Positions 20,430-32,400 of a stretch of DNA of 64,000 nt are shown one piece after another. The notes beneath the pieces were generated by a model, which was not told the origin of the DNA, did no database searches, and was given only the letters and a program-made list of their open reading frames with translations. The translations under genes and the position numbers were made by a program. Within the stretch, counting starts at the first letter, position 1. Each line of letters begins with the position of its first letter. Source of the DNA: an endosymbiont of Galathealinum brachiosum (GTDB lineage: Bacteria > Pseudomonadota > Gammaproteobacteria > SZUA-229). Location: positions 269,125-333,124 of the forward strand of contig QFXC01000007.1 in assembly GCA_003349885.1 (NCBI GenBank). The letters run 5' to 3'.

Positions 20430-21415
20430 TGGCATCCAGCCTGCCCTTAATTCCTCAGTTTTTTGAACGTTTTATACTCAAATGGGCAGAAAAACGTCAG
20501 CCCCTTACTCACCCTCAAATTACCATAAACCATCGTCAGTTATATATTTTGCCTACTCGTCATGGCATCACATATCTCTTTATATTATTGCTAATTCTGT
20601 TTGGCTCTATCAACTATGAAAACAGTCTGGGTTATATGCTGACGTTTCTACTGGTGGCACTGGGTTTTCTCGCAATGATCTATACCCACTTCAATATAAA
20701 CCAGCTTGTAGTAAAGCTGGGCCGCGCTGAACCTGTTTTTGCCGGGCAGGATATTTTATTTCCAGTCTATATTTCGCAAGTATCAAATATTACCCGTCCG
20801 AACTTAAAGCTACTTTCAGAAACCGGTCAAATATCAACTGCGCATTTAATTGAGACAACAGAAACCGAATGTAATCTTTCATTAAGCACACTTCATAGGG
20901 GATATATTTCACCCGGACGAATTAAGTTATCGAGTGAATACCCACTGGGATTATTTCATGCCTGGAGCTGGTTAAATCTTCAAAGCCAATGCCTGGTTTA
21001 CCCTGCTCCAGACTCACATCACCACCCTTTCAGTTTTTCAGAAGACGATAATCAGGGTTTAACTATTAGCGATAAGCAGGGTGTAGATGATTTTGCTGGT
21101 ATCAGACAATACCACGCGGGTGATTTACCTAACCATATGGCCTGGAAAGCAATCGCTAAAACAGGTGAACTACAGACAAAATTATTTAACCACGAAACTT
21201 CAAGAAAGATATGGATAAGCTGGAAAAACACCAGTGAAACCCTGGATATAGAGCAACGACTATCAATTTTATGTCGCATGATTATTGATGCCTGCGAAAA
21301 CAATACTGTTTATGGAGTAGATATACCGGGTACCAGTATTGCTCCATCTTCTGGCTTACAACATAAACACCAATGTTTAAAAGCGCTTGCCCTGTTTGGT
21401 CACAACGAACAATGA
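20429..21415 (+). CDS. DUF58-family protein
   Basis: LYILPTRHG, YPLGLFHAWS, VYPAP, DDFAGIRQYHAGD, MAWKAIAK; 1-nt overlap with moxR. Confidence 0.9.
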   Translation: MASSLPLIPQFFERFILKWAEKRQPLTHPQITINHRQLYILPTRHGITYLFILLLILFGSINYENSLGYMLTFLLVALGFLAMIYTHFNINQLVVKLGRAEPVFAGQDILFPVYISQVSNITRPNLKLLSETGQISTAHLIETTETECNLSLSTLHRGYISPGRIKLSSEYPLGLFHAWSWLNLQSQCLVYPAPDSHHHPFSFSEDDNQGLTISDKQGVDDFAGIRQYHAGDLPNHMAWKAIAKTGELQTKLFNHETSRKIWISWKNTSETLDIEQRLSILCRMIIDACENNTVYGVDIPGTSIAPSSGLQHKHQCLKALALFGHNEQ

Positions 21416-23391
21416 ATTTAAATAACCAGACAATAAATGCCCTTAGTCAATCGCCTGTATTCTGGGTTACATTGTCACTGGCATTTGTCATTACTCCTCA
21501 TCTGGGTCGGTTCCCAGCATGGTCAATTGTTCTTATAAGTGTTTTATTTTTATGGCGACTCGTATGCATAAAACATAAACGCTGGTTACCGCCTAAATTT
21601 TTTCTATTATTAATTAGTATATTATCATTAGCCGGAATATTTATATTTTTTGGCACGCTGATTGGAAAAACGGCAGGCTCTGTTGTGTTATCAATTTTAC
21701 TTGCCATTAAGCTACATGAAAGTCAGTCTCGCCGTGATTACATGTTATTAATATTTTTAAGTTTTTTTGTCATTGTTACTAATTTTCTGTTTTCACAAAG
21801 CATCCCAACTGTTATTTTTATGTTAATGGCTATAATATTTTTAATCATTAGCATGATTAGTATTAACCAGGGTTCAGCTCCCCTTAGTTTTAAATACAAA
21901 TCAAAATTCGCTGTAAAAATGCTACTGCAAGCTATCCCGCTCATGTTAATTATGTTTGTGCTATTCCCCAGAATATCAGGAACCTTATGGCAGCTTCCCG
22001 ATGACAATCTATCTTCTCAAAGCGGCTTGAGTGACAGCATGTCTCCTGGCAACATTTCTAACCTGATACAGTCAAACTCTGTTGCATTCCGGGTTAATTT
22101 TGAAAAAGAAATTCCCCAGCAAAACAAACTATACTGGAGAGCCCTTGTTTTATGGTATTTTGATGGTAAAACATGGGAACAGGGAAAACAAAATCTTTCA
22201 CCCGTTACGACATTATATCCACGGTCTAATGATTTAGTTAGTTACACAGTAACTATGGAACCACATCAGAAGAACTGGTTATTCGCATTAGATATCCCCT
22301 ACGATATACCTGACAATGCATTCTATACAAAAAACTATAATTTACGCACAAAGCAGAAAATAAATAGCCTTTATCAGTATAAAGTATCATCAATTTTTGA
22401 TTATATTATTCAAAGTAAAATAACACCGTGGGAAAAAAGTGCAGGACTTAAAATCCCCATAAATACAAACCCCCAAACTGTTCAGTTGGGTAAGCAACTA
22501 TCAAAACAATATAAGAATAAAGATGATATTGTGAATCATGTATTGAATCTTTTTAATAAAGAAAATTTTCATTACACGTTACGCCCACCATTAACGCCTG
22601 GATTTAATCCTGTCGATCAGTTTTTATTTAATTCACGCCGTGGCTTTTGTGAGCACTATGCCAGTAGTTTTACCTTACTGATGCGCGCAGCTGGCATACC
22701 GGCAAGAGTAGTTTTAGGTTACCAGGGGGGTACAGTAAACCCTTTAAATAAAGTAATGACCATTCGCAATAGTGATGCACATGCCTGGTCTGAAGTCTGG
22801 TTTAAAGACAGGGGCTGGGTACGTATTGATCCAACAGCAGCCATAGCACCTATGAGAATAGAACGTAACCTTGAGGCAGCATTAGCACCTTCTGAATATC
22901 GCCCATTTCATATGTTGATTAATAGCGGTTTCATTGAAGATGTTTTATTTTACTGGGATGCAGTCGATAATCAATGGAACGAATGGGTAGTTGGTTATGA
23001 TGAAAAAATTCAACAGGACTTATTAGAGGCGATAACCAGTAAAAAAATTAACCTTTCTGACATTATATTGATGCTGGTGATCAGTTTTAGCGTAATGATT
23101 ATTATTTTATCAATCATTATTTTCAAACCCTGGAAAAAACAGAAACTTGATCCTGTCGTGAAAACCTATAATAACTTCTGCAGGAAGTTAGACTCCAGAG
23201 GTATTCACAGAGAGATATATGAAGGACCATTAGATTTTTCAAAGAGAGCTATCAGGATATTACCGAACAATAAAAGTTCAATTGAGTTAATTACTCATTT
23301 GTATACAAAATTGAGGTATGAATCATCGAATAATGAAAAACAGTTTCACCAGTTCCGGCATCTCGTCAGAACGTTTAAACCATCTAAATGA
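21412..23391 (+). CDS. DUF3488 membrane domain + transglutaminase-like (TgpA-type) protein
   Basis: Multi-TM N-terminus, LFPR, LYWR, RGFCEHYASSF catalytic Cys, AHAWSEVW, IDPT; ATGA overlap with DUF58 stop. Confidence 0.92.
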   Translation: MNLNNQTINALSQSPVFWVTLSLAFVITPHLGRFPAWSIVLISVLFLWRLVCIKHKRWLPPKFFLLLISILSLAGIFIFFGTLIGKTAGSVVLSILLAIKLHESQSRRDYMLLIFLSFFVIVTNFLFSQSIPTVIFMLMAIIFLIISMISINQGSAPLSFKYKSKFAVKMLLQAIPLMLIMFVLFPRISGTLWQLPDDNLSSQSGLSDSMSPGNISNLIQSNSVAFRVNFEKEIPQQNKLYWRALVLWYFDGKTWEQGKQNLSPVTTLYPRSNDLVSYTVTMEPHQKNWLFALDIPYDIPDNAFYTKNYNLRTKQKINSLYQYKVSSIFDYIIQSKITPWEKSAGLKIPINTNPQTVQLGKQLSKQYKNKDDIVNHVLNLFNKENFHYTLRPPLTPGFNPVDQFLFNSRRGFCEHYASSFTLLMRAAGIPARVVLGYQGGTVNPLNKVMTIRNSDAHAWSEVWFKDRGWVRIDPTAAIAPMRIERNLEAALAPSEYRPFHMLINSGFIEDVLFYWDAVDNQWNEWVVGYDEKIQQDLLEAITSKKINLSDIILMLVISFSVMIIILSIIIFKPWKKQKLDPVVKTYNNFCRKLDSRGIHREIYEGPLDFSKRAIRILPNNKSSIELITHLYTKLRYESSNNEKQFHQFRHLVRTFKPSK

Positions 23392-23455
23392 AATACAGGT
23401 AGCAGAAGTAGTGTGAAGATTTAGTTAAAAAATCCTCACACAGGGGCTCTTTGAA

Positions 23456-23857
23456 TTAATTAACAGCCTTACCCATTAAAGCAAAACATTTTACAAAGGC
23501 TGTAGATAAACGAGGGTCCTTTATCATTACAGCATAATCACCTTTCTTAAATTTAAGCTTACGTGATGTATATGCTAGCCCCAGTTTCATCAAACCAGGT
23601 GGTTTTGCTACAAGTGCCATCCAGTTTTCATTGGATGCTCGTAAATCCCAGTTAATTAGTTCCCCGTTAGGCGTGCCAGCAGTAATAATTTGACCATTGG
23701 AAATAGTTAATACTACACGAGGATCATCTTCCCCTTCTATTCCAAAAGCAACAACCGAATTGAAGTTTGATTGACCTAGTTCCTTCGCAATGCCATCGTT
23801 ACTGTTCCACAATTCTTTATAATTTGTAGCCCAGTCATTTGTAAATAATTCAGGCAT
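23456..23857 (-). CDS. SCP2 sterol/lipid-binding-like protein
   Basis: ELFTNDWA, WDLRAS, LAYTSRKLKFKKGDY. Confidence 0.75.
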   Translation of the reverse strand: MPELFTNDWATNYKELWNSNDGIAKELGQSNFNSVVAFGIEGEDDPRVVLTISNGQIITAGTPNGELINWDLRASNENWMALVAKPPGLMKLGLAYTSRKLKFKKGDYAVMIKDPRLSTAFVKCFALMGKAVN

Positions 23858-24044
23858 AAGCCATTGACCCCATTGTATTTTTCAACATTTTAAACGTATG
23901 CGGTGAAATTAGCAAAAAATGCTATTTGAATCCAGTAAATTCACACCACAGTCATCATTTAATAACAAATTATGTATATTAATTAGCAGAAAGCACTGTT
24001 TTCGGCTATGTTTAGCTAATATACGAACAAATAAGGAAAGAGTA

Positions 24045-24302
24045 ATGAAAGAAGTTAAGGGCGTGACCATTTACTTTAATGACGGCACAAAACTTGTGAT
24101 TGAATACCCTAAACAGGATGTCAATGAGTACGACATGGTCACTAAACTCAATGAAATGCTAGATAGCAGACACTTTCTGGTTGAATCAAACGGAGCCATG
24201 TTATTTATTCCCGTTGATAATATAAAATATCTTCAGGTATACCCTGCTCCCGAAAAGTTACCACCAAATACAATAACCGGTGCTACGATCCTGGAAGTAT
24301 GA
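24045..24302 (+). CDS. Small hypothetical protein
   Basis: AAGGA RBS before ATG 24045; TIYFNDGTKL, FIPVDNIKYLQVYPAPEKLP. Confidence 0.7.
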   Translation: MKEVKGVTIYFNDGTKLVIEYPKQDVNEYDMVTKLNEMLDSRHFLVESNGAMLFIPVDNIKYLQVYPAPEKLPPNTITGATILEV

Positions 24303-24400
24303 TTTTTATAGCCTGATACTAGTTACTTCACAAGTATCTGAAACATAGATAAGAGTGTAGTAGCTATATTTTTATTAAATCCTGCCTAACTCAGCACCGA

Positions 24401-24979
24401 CTATTTAAGATCAGGAATAGAACTAAACAATTCAACCAGCAAACCATTTACTCTTTGTTGGCGACCATTGTCTGTATCTTCGATACCGGTAAAAACTTCT
24501 ACTGCACCACGCCACACCACATTATTTAACTGCGTATCAATCAGATCAACAATTAGAACGCCTTTTTCACGTGATTTTGCCTCTATACTATTTCCTCTCA
24601 AACCTGGAGACAGACCATATTTCAATGTCAGAGCAGTATCACTCATTTCAGATGCTAAAGACACATGGTACTGAATCATCATACTACTTTTAGGGCCCTG
24701 CTCCATCGGATAGGCTTTTTTACTGATTGCCTGAACAATCGCCTCATCAATTAATGCCGAAACGGAAAAACTGGATTTTTGAAGCCCTGCTGAAATATCA
24801 GCATGATTATCCGCCCATGAAAATGATTTCAGACTCGTCAATGAAAATTCAGGCTGAGCCACAACCACGACCGATGATCTCATTAATTCAGGGGTTACTT
24901 CCGCCTGAGCATTAAATGTGACTAAAGAAATACATACTAAATAAGCATAAATTGCCATTGCCATTTTTATTGATTTCAT
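24401..24979 (-). CDS. DUF4136-family exported protein
   Basis: Signal peptide, LKSFSW, EKGVLIVDLIDTQLNNVVWRG. Confidence 0.8.
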   Translation of the reverse strand: MKSIKMAMAIYAYLVCISLVTFNAQAEVTPELMRSSVVVVAQPEFSLTSLKSFSWADNHADISAGLQKSSFSVSALIDEAIVQAISKKAYPMEQGPKSSMMIQYHVSLASEMSDTALTLKYGLSPGLRGNSIEAKSREKGVLIVDLIDTQLNNVVWRGAVEVFTGIEDTDNGRQQRVNGLLVELFSSIPDLK

Positions 24980-25084
24980 AAGTTGCCTTTTGAATGATTT
25001 ATAATCTTATCTAACTATATAATTCTGCTATTATGCCTAAATTCGGGTTCAACCTGAACCATAAAATATAATGGAACTATTTAT

Positions 25085-26203
25085 ATGAATAAACGCACTC
25101 GCCAGATACCCCACAAAACCCTGATTTGCCTACTTTCAGCTATTTCAGCTTTATCGCTCACTGCCTGTGGCAATGATAATAACGAAGTAAAAGCGGAAGT
25201 TATCAGACCAGCAAAAATTATTACGGTTGGTGACCCTCTTGCAGGTGTACAAAGAGTTTATCCCGGTGAGGTAGAAGCAGGTGACCGCTCTGAACAGGCT
25301 TTTCGTGTGGGGGGTGAACTGGTTAAGTTACCTGCGAAAGCCGGCTTAAAAGTTAAAAAGGGGCAACTGTTAGCTCAACTGGATGCTTCAGATTTTCAGT
25401 TACGTGTTGATGAACAACAGGCCAGATTTGACTTAACACAGGTACAGTTTGACCGAACCGAAAAACTGGTAAAGCAGCAATTAATACCTATATCCGATTT
25501 CGATACAGCAAAATCCAATCTGCTTGCAGCTAAAGCAGATCTAAGATTAGCTAAAGCCAATTTATCTTATACAGAATTACGTGCACCTTTCGATGGCGTT
25601 GTTTCAAAATTAAATGTAAAAAACCATGAAAACGTTAGAAAAAATGAAGTTGTTCTAGTTATTCAAACAGTTAATGATATTGATATTACCTTTCAATTAT
25701 CTGAAAACATCATCTCGAGACTAAAAAAAGGCAGTGATCAAAAAGCCCAACCAAAAGTTGTGTTTGATACCTACCCGGATAAGTCTTATGAAACATCCGT
25801 GAAAGAGTTTGACTCTGAAGCAAACGCGACAACTCGAACTTACAAAGTGACCCTCACAATGCCGTCTCCTAAAGATTTTATTGCATTGCCAGGCATGAGT
25901 GTAAATGTACATTTAAATTTCAACAAACTTGTGGAGTCTGAAACAGCTAAAATAGTCATACCGATTGAAGCCGTTTATTCTCCTGAAAATGATAACCTTA
26001 AATCACGCAGCTATCAGGTATGGAAACTTGATAATGACACAATGAAAACTCAGGCAACTAAAGTAACCATTGGGCAAATTACCAGTTCCGGAATTGAAAT
26101 AACATCAGGGCTAACATCAGGGGATCAGGTAATTACTGCGGGTGTTAACTTCATAAAAGAAGGCCAGACAGTAAAACCCTGGGTAAAAGAAGCAGGGCTT
26201 TAA
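25085..26203 (+). CDS. RND efflux membrane-fusion lipoprotein
   Basis: Lipobox LTAC, AFRVGG, VKKGQLLAQLD, LSYTELRAPFDGVV, ALPGMS, GDQVITAG. Confidence 0.93.
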   Translation: MNKRTRQIPHKTLICLLSAISALSLTACGNDNNEVKAEVIRPAKIITVGDPLAGVQRVYPGEVEAGDRSEQAFRVGGELVKLPAKAGLKVKKGQLLAQLDASDFQLRVDEQQARFDLTQVQFDRTEKLVKQQLIPISDFDTAKSNLLAAKADLRLAKANLSYTELRAPFDGVVSKLNVKNHENVRKNEVVLVIQTVNDIDITFQLSENIISRLKKGSDQKAQPKVVFDTYPDKSYETSVKEFDSEANATTRTYKVTLTMPSPKDFIALPGMSVNVHLNFNKLVESETAKIVIPIEAVYSPENDNLKSRSYQVWKLDNDTMKTQATKVTIGQITSSGIEITSGLTSGDQVITAGVNFIKEGQTVKPWVKEAGL

Positions 26204-26292
26204 AGAAATCTGTCAGGATTTTATAAATGGAAGATATTAAGTTTATAACTTTAATATCCCTTATTTCTCTACACTTAAAGTAATTCAACGCT

Positions 26293-29200
26293 ATGAATAT
26301 TGCAGAATTTTCTATACGTAACAAACTAATCAGCTGGTTAATCACCATCATTTTTCTTATTGGTGGCGCTTTTGCTTACAGCAAATTATCCAGACTGGAA
26401 GATCCTGAATTTACAATTAAAGATGCAGTTATTGTCACCCAGTATCCCGGTGCATCACCACAGCAGGTAGAAGAAGAAGTCACCTATCCTCTGGAAAATG
26501 CCTTACAGCAATTACAGTATGTAGATTACATTCGCTCAGTTTCTACCAATGGTCTTTCACAGATAACCGTGACCATGAAGCGTCAATACAATAGTAATGA
26601 CCTGCCACAGATCTGGGATGAATTACGACGCAAAGTAAACGACCTGGCACCCAGCCTTCCCCCCGGTGTCCAGCCCCCCTTTGTTAATGATGATTTTGGC
26701 GATATATTCGGTTTATTATTTGCTGTAATCGGTGATGGATATAGCTATCAGGAATTAAATGATTATGTCGATTACCTGCGTCGTGAACTGGTACTCGTTG
26801 AAGGTGTAGGTAAAGTCACAGTTGCCGGCAAGCAACAGGAACAGGTATTTGTTGAAATTGCCCTTAGTCGAATGACGCAACTGGGCATACCTTATCAACG
26901 CATTTATGAAATTCTTGCCACACAGAATATTGTTTCAAATGCCGGTGCCATAAAAATTTCATCTGAAAACATACGCTTTCACCCAACAGGTGAATTTCAA
27001 AATGTAAAAGAACTGGAAGACCTGTTAATCAGTAGCCCCGGTGACCAGAACCTGCTTTATTTAAGAGATGTAGCCACTGTTAGTCGTGGTTTTCAGGAAG
27101 TACCCACTCACCTTATGTCCCTTGATGGACGACAGGCCATTTCTCTAGGTGTTTCATTTGCCTCAGGGTTTAATGTTGTTGATGTTGGTAAACGCATCGA
27201 CGATAAACTGAAGGAACTTGAATATGCACGCCCCTTAGGCATTGAGTTATCAACACTTTATGACCAGCCAAAACTGGTTGAGGCATCAATTAAAGCTTTT
27301 GCTGTCAACTTGCTTGAAGCCGTTGCTATTGTAATTATTGTACTGCTTGTTTTTATGGGCATACGAAGCGGATTATTGATCGGTTTAATCCTCTTTCTTA
27401 CGGTTATTGGCACCTTTACCTTTATGAAATTACAGGGCATTGATTTACAGCGAATTTCACTGGGCGCGCTGATTATTGCTCTCGGTATGCTGGTTGATAA
27501 TGCCATTGTTATTACTGAAGGCATACTCATTGGTATACAACGTGGTAAAACAAAAATAGAAGCTGCAAGCGCCATTGTAAAACAGGCAATCTGGCCTCTT
27601 TTAGGTGCGACGGTTATTGCGGTTACTGCATTTGCACCCATCGGTTTATCACAGGATTCTACCGGGGAAATGCTCGGTTCACTGTTTTATGTTCTGCTTT
27701 ATTCATTACTCCTGAGCTGGTTTACGGCAATCAGTTTAACGCCTTTCTTTGCAGATATGATTTTAAAAGACAAGGATTCCGACACAGATGACTCTGACCC
27801 ATATCAGGGAGCATTTTTTAAAGCCTTTAAAGGTGTACTGGATACCTGCTTAAGACATAAATGGATAACAGCTGGCACCACGGTTGGTTTACTGGTGCTC
27901 TCTATTTACGGATTTCAGCAGGTCAAAGTTGTTTTCTTCCCTGCAATGACAACACCGATGGTACTGGTTGATTACCGTAAAGAACATGGTACGGATATAC
28001 GCCAGACATTTAAAGAAATTCAGGCTGTAGAACAGTGGATATTACAACAGGACAACGTTGTGAAAGTAAGCTCAAATACGGGCAAAGGTGGCACACGTTT
28101 TATGCTGACTTACTCGCCAGAAAAAATATTTTCCAGCTATGGTCAGCTTATGGTTGAGTTCGAAGACTATAAACAGATTGACCCATTCATCGCATCAATC
28201 AGTCAGCATTTAGATGACCAGTATTCAGATGTAAATTATGACTTTAAAAAATTCGAATTAGGCCCCAGTAAAGACGGCAAAATAGAAGCCCGATTCTCTG
28301 GACCTGACCCGGATGTTTTACGTCGACTTTCCATTCAGGCAAAAGATATTTTACATCAACAACCGAATGTTGTGGGTATCCGCGATGACTGGAAAAAACG
28401 CACCAAGGTCGTTAGACCCCAGTTTTCTGAAGCTCAGGCCAGACGTGCAGGCATTAGTAAACAGGATCTTGATGACGTGTTACAAATGAGTTATTCAGGA
28501 AAATCTATCGGACTGTATCGTGATGGCACAACCCTGCTTCCCATCATTGCACGCCCACCTGAAGATGAACGTTCAAATATTGATACCATTCACAGCCTGC
28601 AAATATGGAGCCCTGTTTATGAACGTTATATTTCAATTGAACAGGTAGTGAGAGAGTTCACCGTTGAATGGGAAGATGCGGTTATTAATCGACGCGATAG
28701 AAAACGTACCATTACGATTATCGCAAATGCAAACCTGTTAGGCGAAGAGACATCTAACGATTTATACAAAAAAGTTAAACCCGCAATTGAAGCGATTGAA
28801 CTGCCAAAAGGTTACAGTTTAGTCTGGGGCGGTGAAGCAGAAAGTTCTGCGGATGCAAATGGAGCATTGATGGGGGCAATACCCATGGGGGTGATCGTTA
28901 TGTTTATCATTACCGTATTGTTGTTTAACACGATTAAACAACCATTGGTAATCTGGTCACTGGCTCCTATGGCCATTATTGGCGTGGCGTTTGGTTTATT
29001 AATTACCAACTCTGCATTTACCTTTATGGCGTTACTTGGTTTCATCAGTTTAGTAGGCATGTTACTTAAAAACGGTATCGTTCTGGTAGATCAGATCAAT
29101 CTGGAACTTCATGAAGGCAAACACCTTTATCACGCCATTTTTGATTCAGCTGTAAGTCGTGTTCGCCCCGTATCGATGGCTGCTGCAACAACTATTTTAG

Positions 29201-29352
29201 GTATGATTCCATTACTGTTTGATGCCTTTTTCTCATCCATGGCAGTAACGATTATGTTTGGTTTAGGTTTTGCTACGGTATTAACATTAATTGTTGTACC
29301 GGCAATCTATGCCATCGTTTATAAGGTTGAATATATTCCATTAGAAAAATAA
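26293..29352 (+). CDS. RND efflux transporter (AcrB family)
   Basis: RLEDPEFTIK, YPGASPQQVEEEVT, ALGMLVDNAIV, SRVRPVSM. Confidence 0.95.
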   Translation: MNIAEFSIRNKLISWLITIIFLIGGAFAYSKLSRLEDPEFTIKDAVIVTQYPGASPQQVEEEVTYPLENALQQLQYVDYIRSVSTNGLSQITVTMKRQYNSNDLPQIWDELRRKVNDLAPSLPPGVQPPFVNDDFGDIFGLLFAVIGDGYSYQELNDYVDYLRRELVLVEGVGKVTVAGKQQEQVFVEIALSRMTQLGIPYQRIYEILATQNIVSNAGAIKISSENIRFHPTGEFQNVKELEDLLISSPGDQNLLYLRDVATVSRGFQEVPTHLMSLDGRQAISLGVSFASGFNVVDVGKRIDDKLKELEYARPLGIELSTLYDQPKLVEASIKAFAVNLLEAVAIVIIVLLVFMGIRSGLLIGLILFLTVIGTFTFMKLQGIDLQRISLGALIIALGMLVDNAIVITEGILIGIQRGKTKIEAASAIVKQAIWPLLGATVIAVTAFAPIGLSQDSTGEMLGSLFYVLLYSLLLSWFTAISLTPFFADMILKDKDSDTDDSDPYQGAFFKAFKGVLDTCLRHKWITAGTTVGLLVLSIYGFQQVKVVFFPAMTTPMVLVDYRKEHGTDIRQTFKEIQAVEQWILQQDNVVKVSSNTGKGGTRFMLTYSPEKIFSSYGQLMVEFEDYKQIDPFIASISQHLDDQYSDVNYDFKKFELGPSKDGKIEARFSGPDPDVLRRLSIQAKDILHQQPNVVGIRDDWKKRTKVVRPQFSEAQARRAGISKQDLDDVLQMSYSGKSIGLYRDGTTLLPIIARPPEDERSNIDTIHSLQIWSPVYERYISIEQVVREFTVEWEDAVINRRDRKRTITIIANANLLGEETSNDLYKKVKPAIEAIELPKGYSLVWGGEAESSADANGALMGAIPMGVIVMFIITVLLFNTIKQPLVIWSLAPMAIIGVAFGLLITNSAFTFMALLGFISLVGMLLKNGIVLVDQINLELHEGKHLYHAIFDSAVSRVRPVSMAAATTILGMIPLLFDAFFSSMAVTIMFGLGFATVLTLIVVPAIYAIVYKVEYIPLEK

Positions 29353-29366
29353 AACTGTAATGCTTC

Positions 29367-29394
29367 TGTAGGTGCTCCTTCAGGTGCACCTACA
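29367..29394. repeat. GTAG-type REP-like palindrome between convergent genes
   Basis: TGTAGGTGC-TCCTTCAGGT-GCACCTACA; related to copies at 35153 and 35201-35226. Confidence 0.6.
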
Positions 29395-29406
29395 AACTTA
29401 TTCACA

Positions 29407-32400
29407 TCAATTAATAAGCTCTTTCAGATAAACGCCAGTATGAGACTTCTTACGTTTACAAATTATTTCAGGTTTACCCTGAGCCACAACTTTACCCCCG
29501 TATTTTCCACCTTCCGGCCCCATATCAATTACCCAGTCTGATTCCGCAATAACATCAAGATTATGCTCAATAACAATAACTGAATTACCCGCATCAACTA
29601 AACGATGTAAAACCCGTAACAATTTTTCCACATCCGCCATATGCAAACCCACCGTGGGTTCATCCAGAATATATAAATTATGCTGGCGAATTTTTGCCGT
29701 TGGACTGGTATTGGCTTTGGCCAGCTCTGCCACTAGCTTAATTCGTTGAGCCTCGCCTCCACTTAATGTCGGGCTTTGTTGGCCTAATGTTAAATAACCT
29801 AAACCAACATCCTGTAATAACTGTAATGCATGGTGCAATTTCGGAATAGCTGAAAAATATTCTGTGGCTGTTTTTACATTCATGCCAAGCACTTCACCAA
29901 TATGTTTGTCTTTATAACGAACTGACAACGTTTCATCATTAAAACGCCAGCCATGACAAACTTCACACTCCACCCTGACATCAGGAAGAAAATTCATTTC
30001 AACCTTACGCATACCGTGACCACCACAGGCATCACATCGACCATCACCCGCATTAAATGAAAAACGCCCGGGTTTGAATCCTTTTAATCGCGCATCAACA
30101 GTATCTGAAAATAGTTTTCGAATTGTATCCCAGATACCAATATAGGTTGCCGGACATGAACGTGGCGTTTTTCCAATAGGCGTTTGATCGACCTCCAGAA
30201 TTCTTTGTATAGATTCCCAGCCTTTAATCTCTTTACAGCCTTGCCAGCTAATTTTTTTATTACGCCCTGCTTTGCTTCGTTGATTATTTATCGCCGTTTT
30301 TAAGTTTCCATGTAAAACCGATCTAATCAATGTGCTTTTACCACTGCCACTCACACCAGAAACACTAACCAGTTTTCGTAAGGGTATAACAACCTCTATA
30401 TTTGTCAGATTATTCTGAACAGCACCTACTATTTTAATTTTCTCAGCTTCCAGTAATGAACGTTTTTCATTATCACGTAAATCATTCATCGGGTGACGCA
30501 GCGGACTTGAAATAAACTGCCCGGTTAATGATTTTTTATTCTTTATCATCTGCTTCAACGTACCGTGCGCGACAACTTCCCCCCCCTCTATTCCGGCGCC
30601 TGGCCCCATATCAATGAGATAATCGGCTTCACGAATGGTATCTTCATCATGCTCGACTACTAAAACTGTATTGCCCTGCTGCTGTATTTGACGAAGTGTT
30701 TTAATCAACCGCTGGTTATCACGCGCATGCAGGCCTATTGTCGGCTCATCTAAAATATAACAGACACCTTGCAAGTTAGAGCCTAGCTGTGATGCAAGAC
30801 GAATACGCTGTGCTTCACCACCACTTAAAGTTGGTGCAGATCGATCCAGTGTTAAATAATTCAAACCAACACGCTGCAGAAAACTTAAACGACCTGACAT
30901 CTCCTGTAATAAATCACGCGCAATTATCTGTTCTTTTTGTGTTAACTTTAATTTAGAAAACCATTTCTCCGAATCATCAACCGACATGGCTGCCAGCTGT
31001 GCAATAGACATCTTACGAAAACGTACCGCAAGAGCAGTTTCATTTAAGCGTTGACCATCACAGGTTTTACACTGCGTAGAAACATCATCTTCATTTTCTA
31101 ACCATGCTCCTTCTTCACCTGTCTGCTCTTCGTCGAAATCTTTTATTGTCTCACCCGTGCCATAACAGGAATCACACCAGCCATGTTTAGAGTTATAAGA
31201 AAACAAACGCGGATCCAGCTCATCAAAACCTTTACCACATGAAGGGCAGGCCCGTTCAGTTGAAAAAAGTCTTTCACCTACCTGTTTCTTTGTTGCTTTA
31301 AGCGGCTCAACAATAACGATACCATTACCTACATCTAATGCCTGCTGTAATAAATCAGCACATTCTTTTTCTTTATTGGCGGCTATTTTTAATTTCCCAA
31401 TGGGTAACTCAATATCATGCTCTTTATAACGGGCTAATTTAGGCCAGTCACTGGTTGATACATATTCGCCATCAACCCGTAACTGCTGATAACCTTTAGT
31501 ACTGGCCCATTTGGCCAGTTCGTTATAAATACCCTTACGCGCAACAACCATCGGTGCCAGTAAAGTAACTTCACGCCCACGATAATCTTTCTGCACCATG
31601 GCCAGAATGGCATCTAATGACTGAGGCTCTATTGCCACTTCACATTCAGGGCAATACTGTGTTCCCAGCTTCACGTAAAGCAAACGCATAAAGTGATAAA
31701 TTTCTGTTAATGTTGCAACGGTACTTTTACGTCCACCCCTGCTTGTACGCTGCTCAATAGCAACCGTAGGAGGAATGCCATGAATAGCATCCACGTCAGG
31801 CCGAGATGCGGGTTGTACAAACTGTCTAGCATAAGCATTTAACGACTCCAGATAACGCCGTTGTCCTTCGCCAAAAACAATATCAAATGCAACCGTACTT
31901 TTACCACTGCCACTCACTCCGGAGATAACGGTGAACTTATTACGGGGTATTTCAATATCTACATTTTTTAAATTATTTTCACGCGCATGATGAATTTGAA
32001 TAGACTGATTTACTTTTGTTTCTCGTGTATTAACCGGCAACGCTTTTATTAATTCGGTCTTTGATAAATTAAACGAAGCTTCATATTCACGTAATGCAAC
32101 TGAGGTATATGAGTCACCCTGCACCGCAATCTGCTGAGGGTAACCCTGTGTAACTAACTGCCCACCACCATCACCACCTTCCGGGCCAATATCGATTAAC
32201 CAGTCTGCACTGCGTATCACATCCAGGTTATGCTCAATCACCAATAGTGAATTACCCGCATCGATCAACTGCTGAAATGCTTTCATCAAGGTAGAAATAT
32301 CATCAAAGTGCAAACCGGTAGTTGGCTCATCAAATAGAAAAAGTGTGCCCTTAACCGTTTTTTTCAACTTTGATTTTTTTCCCGTCTGTTTTTTCTTATT

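Noticed and set aside
19482..23391. MoxR-DUF58-transglutaminase operon as a novel system
   Set aside because: Widespread, previously described gene trio with nothing unusual here
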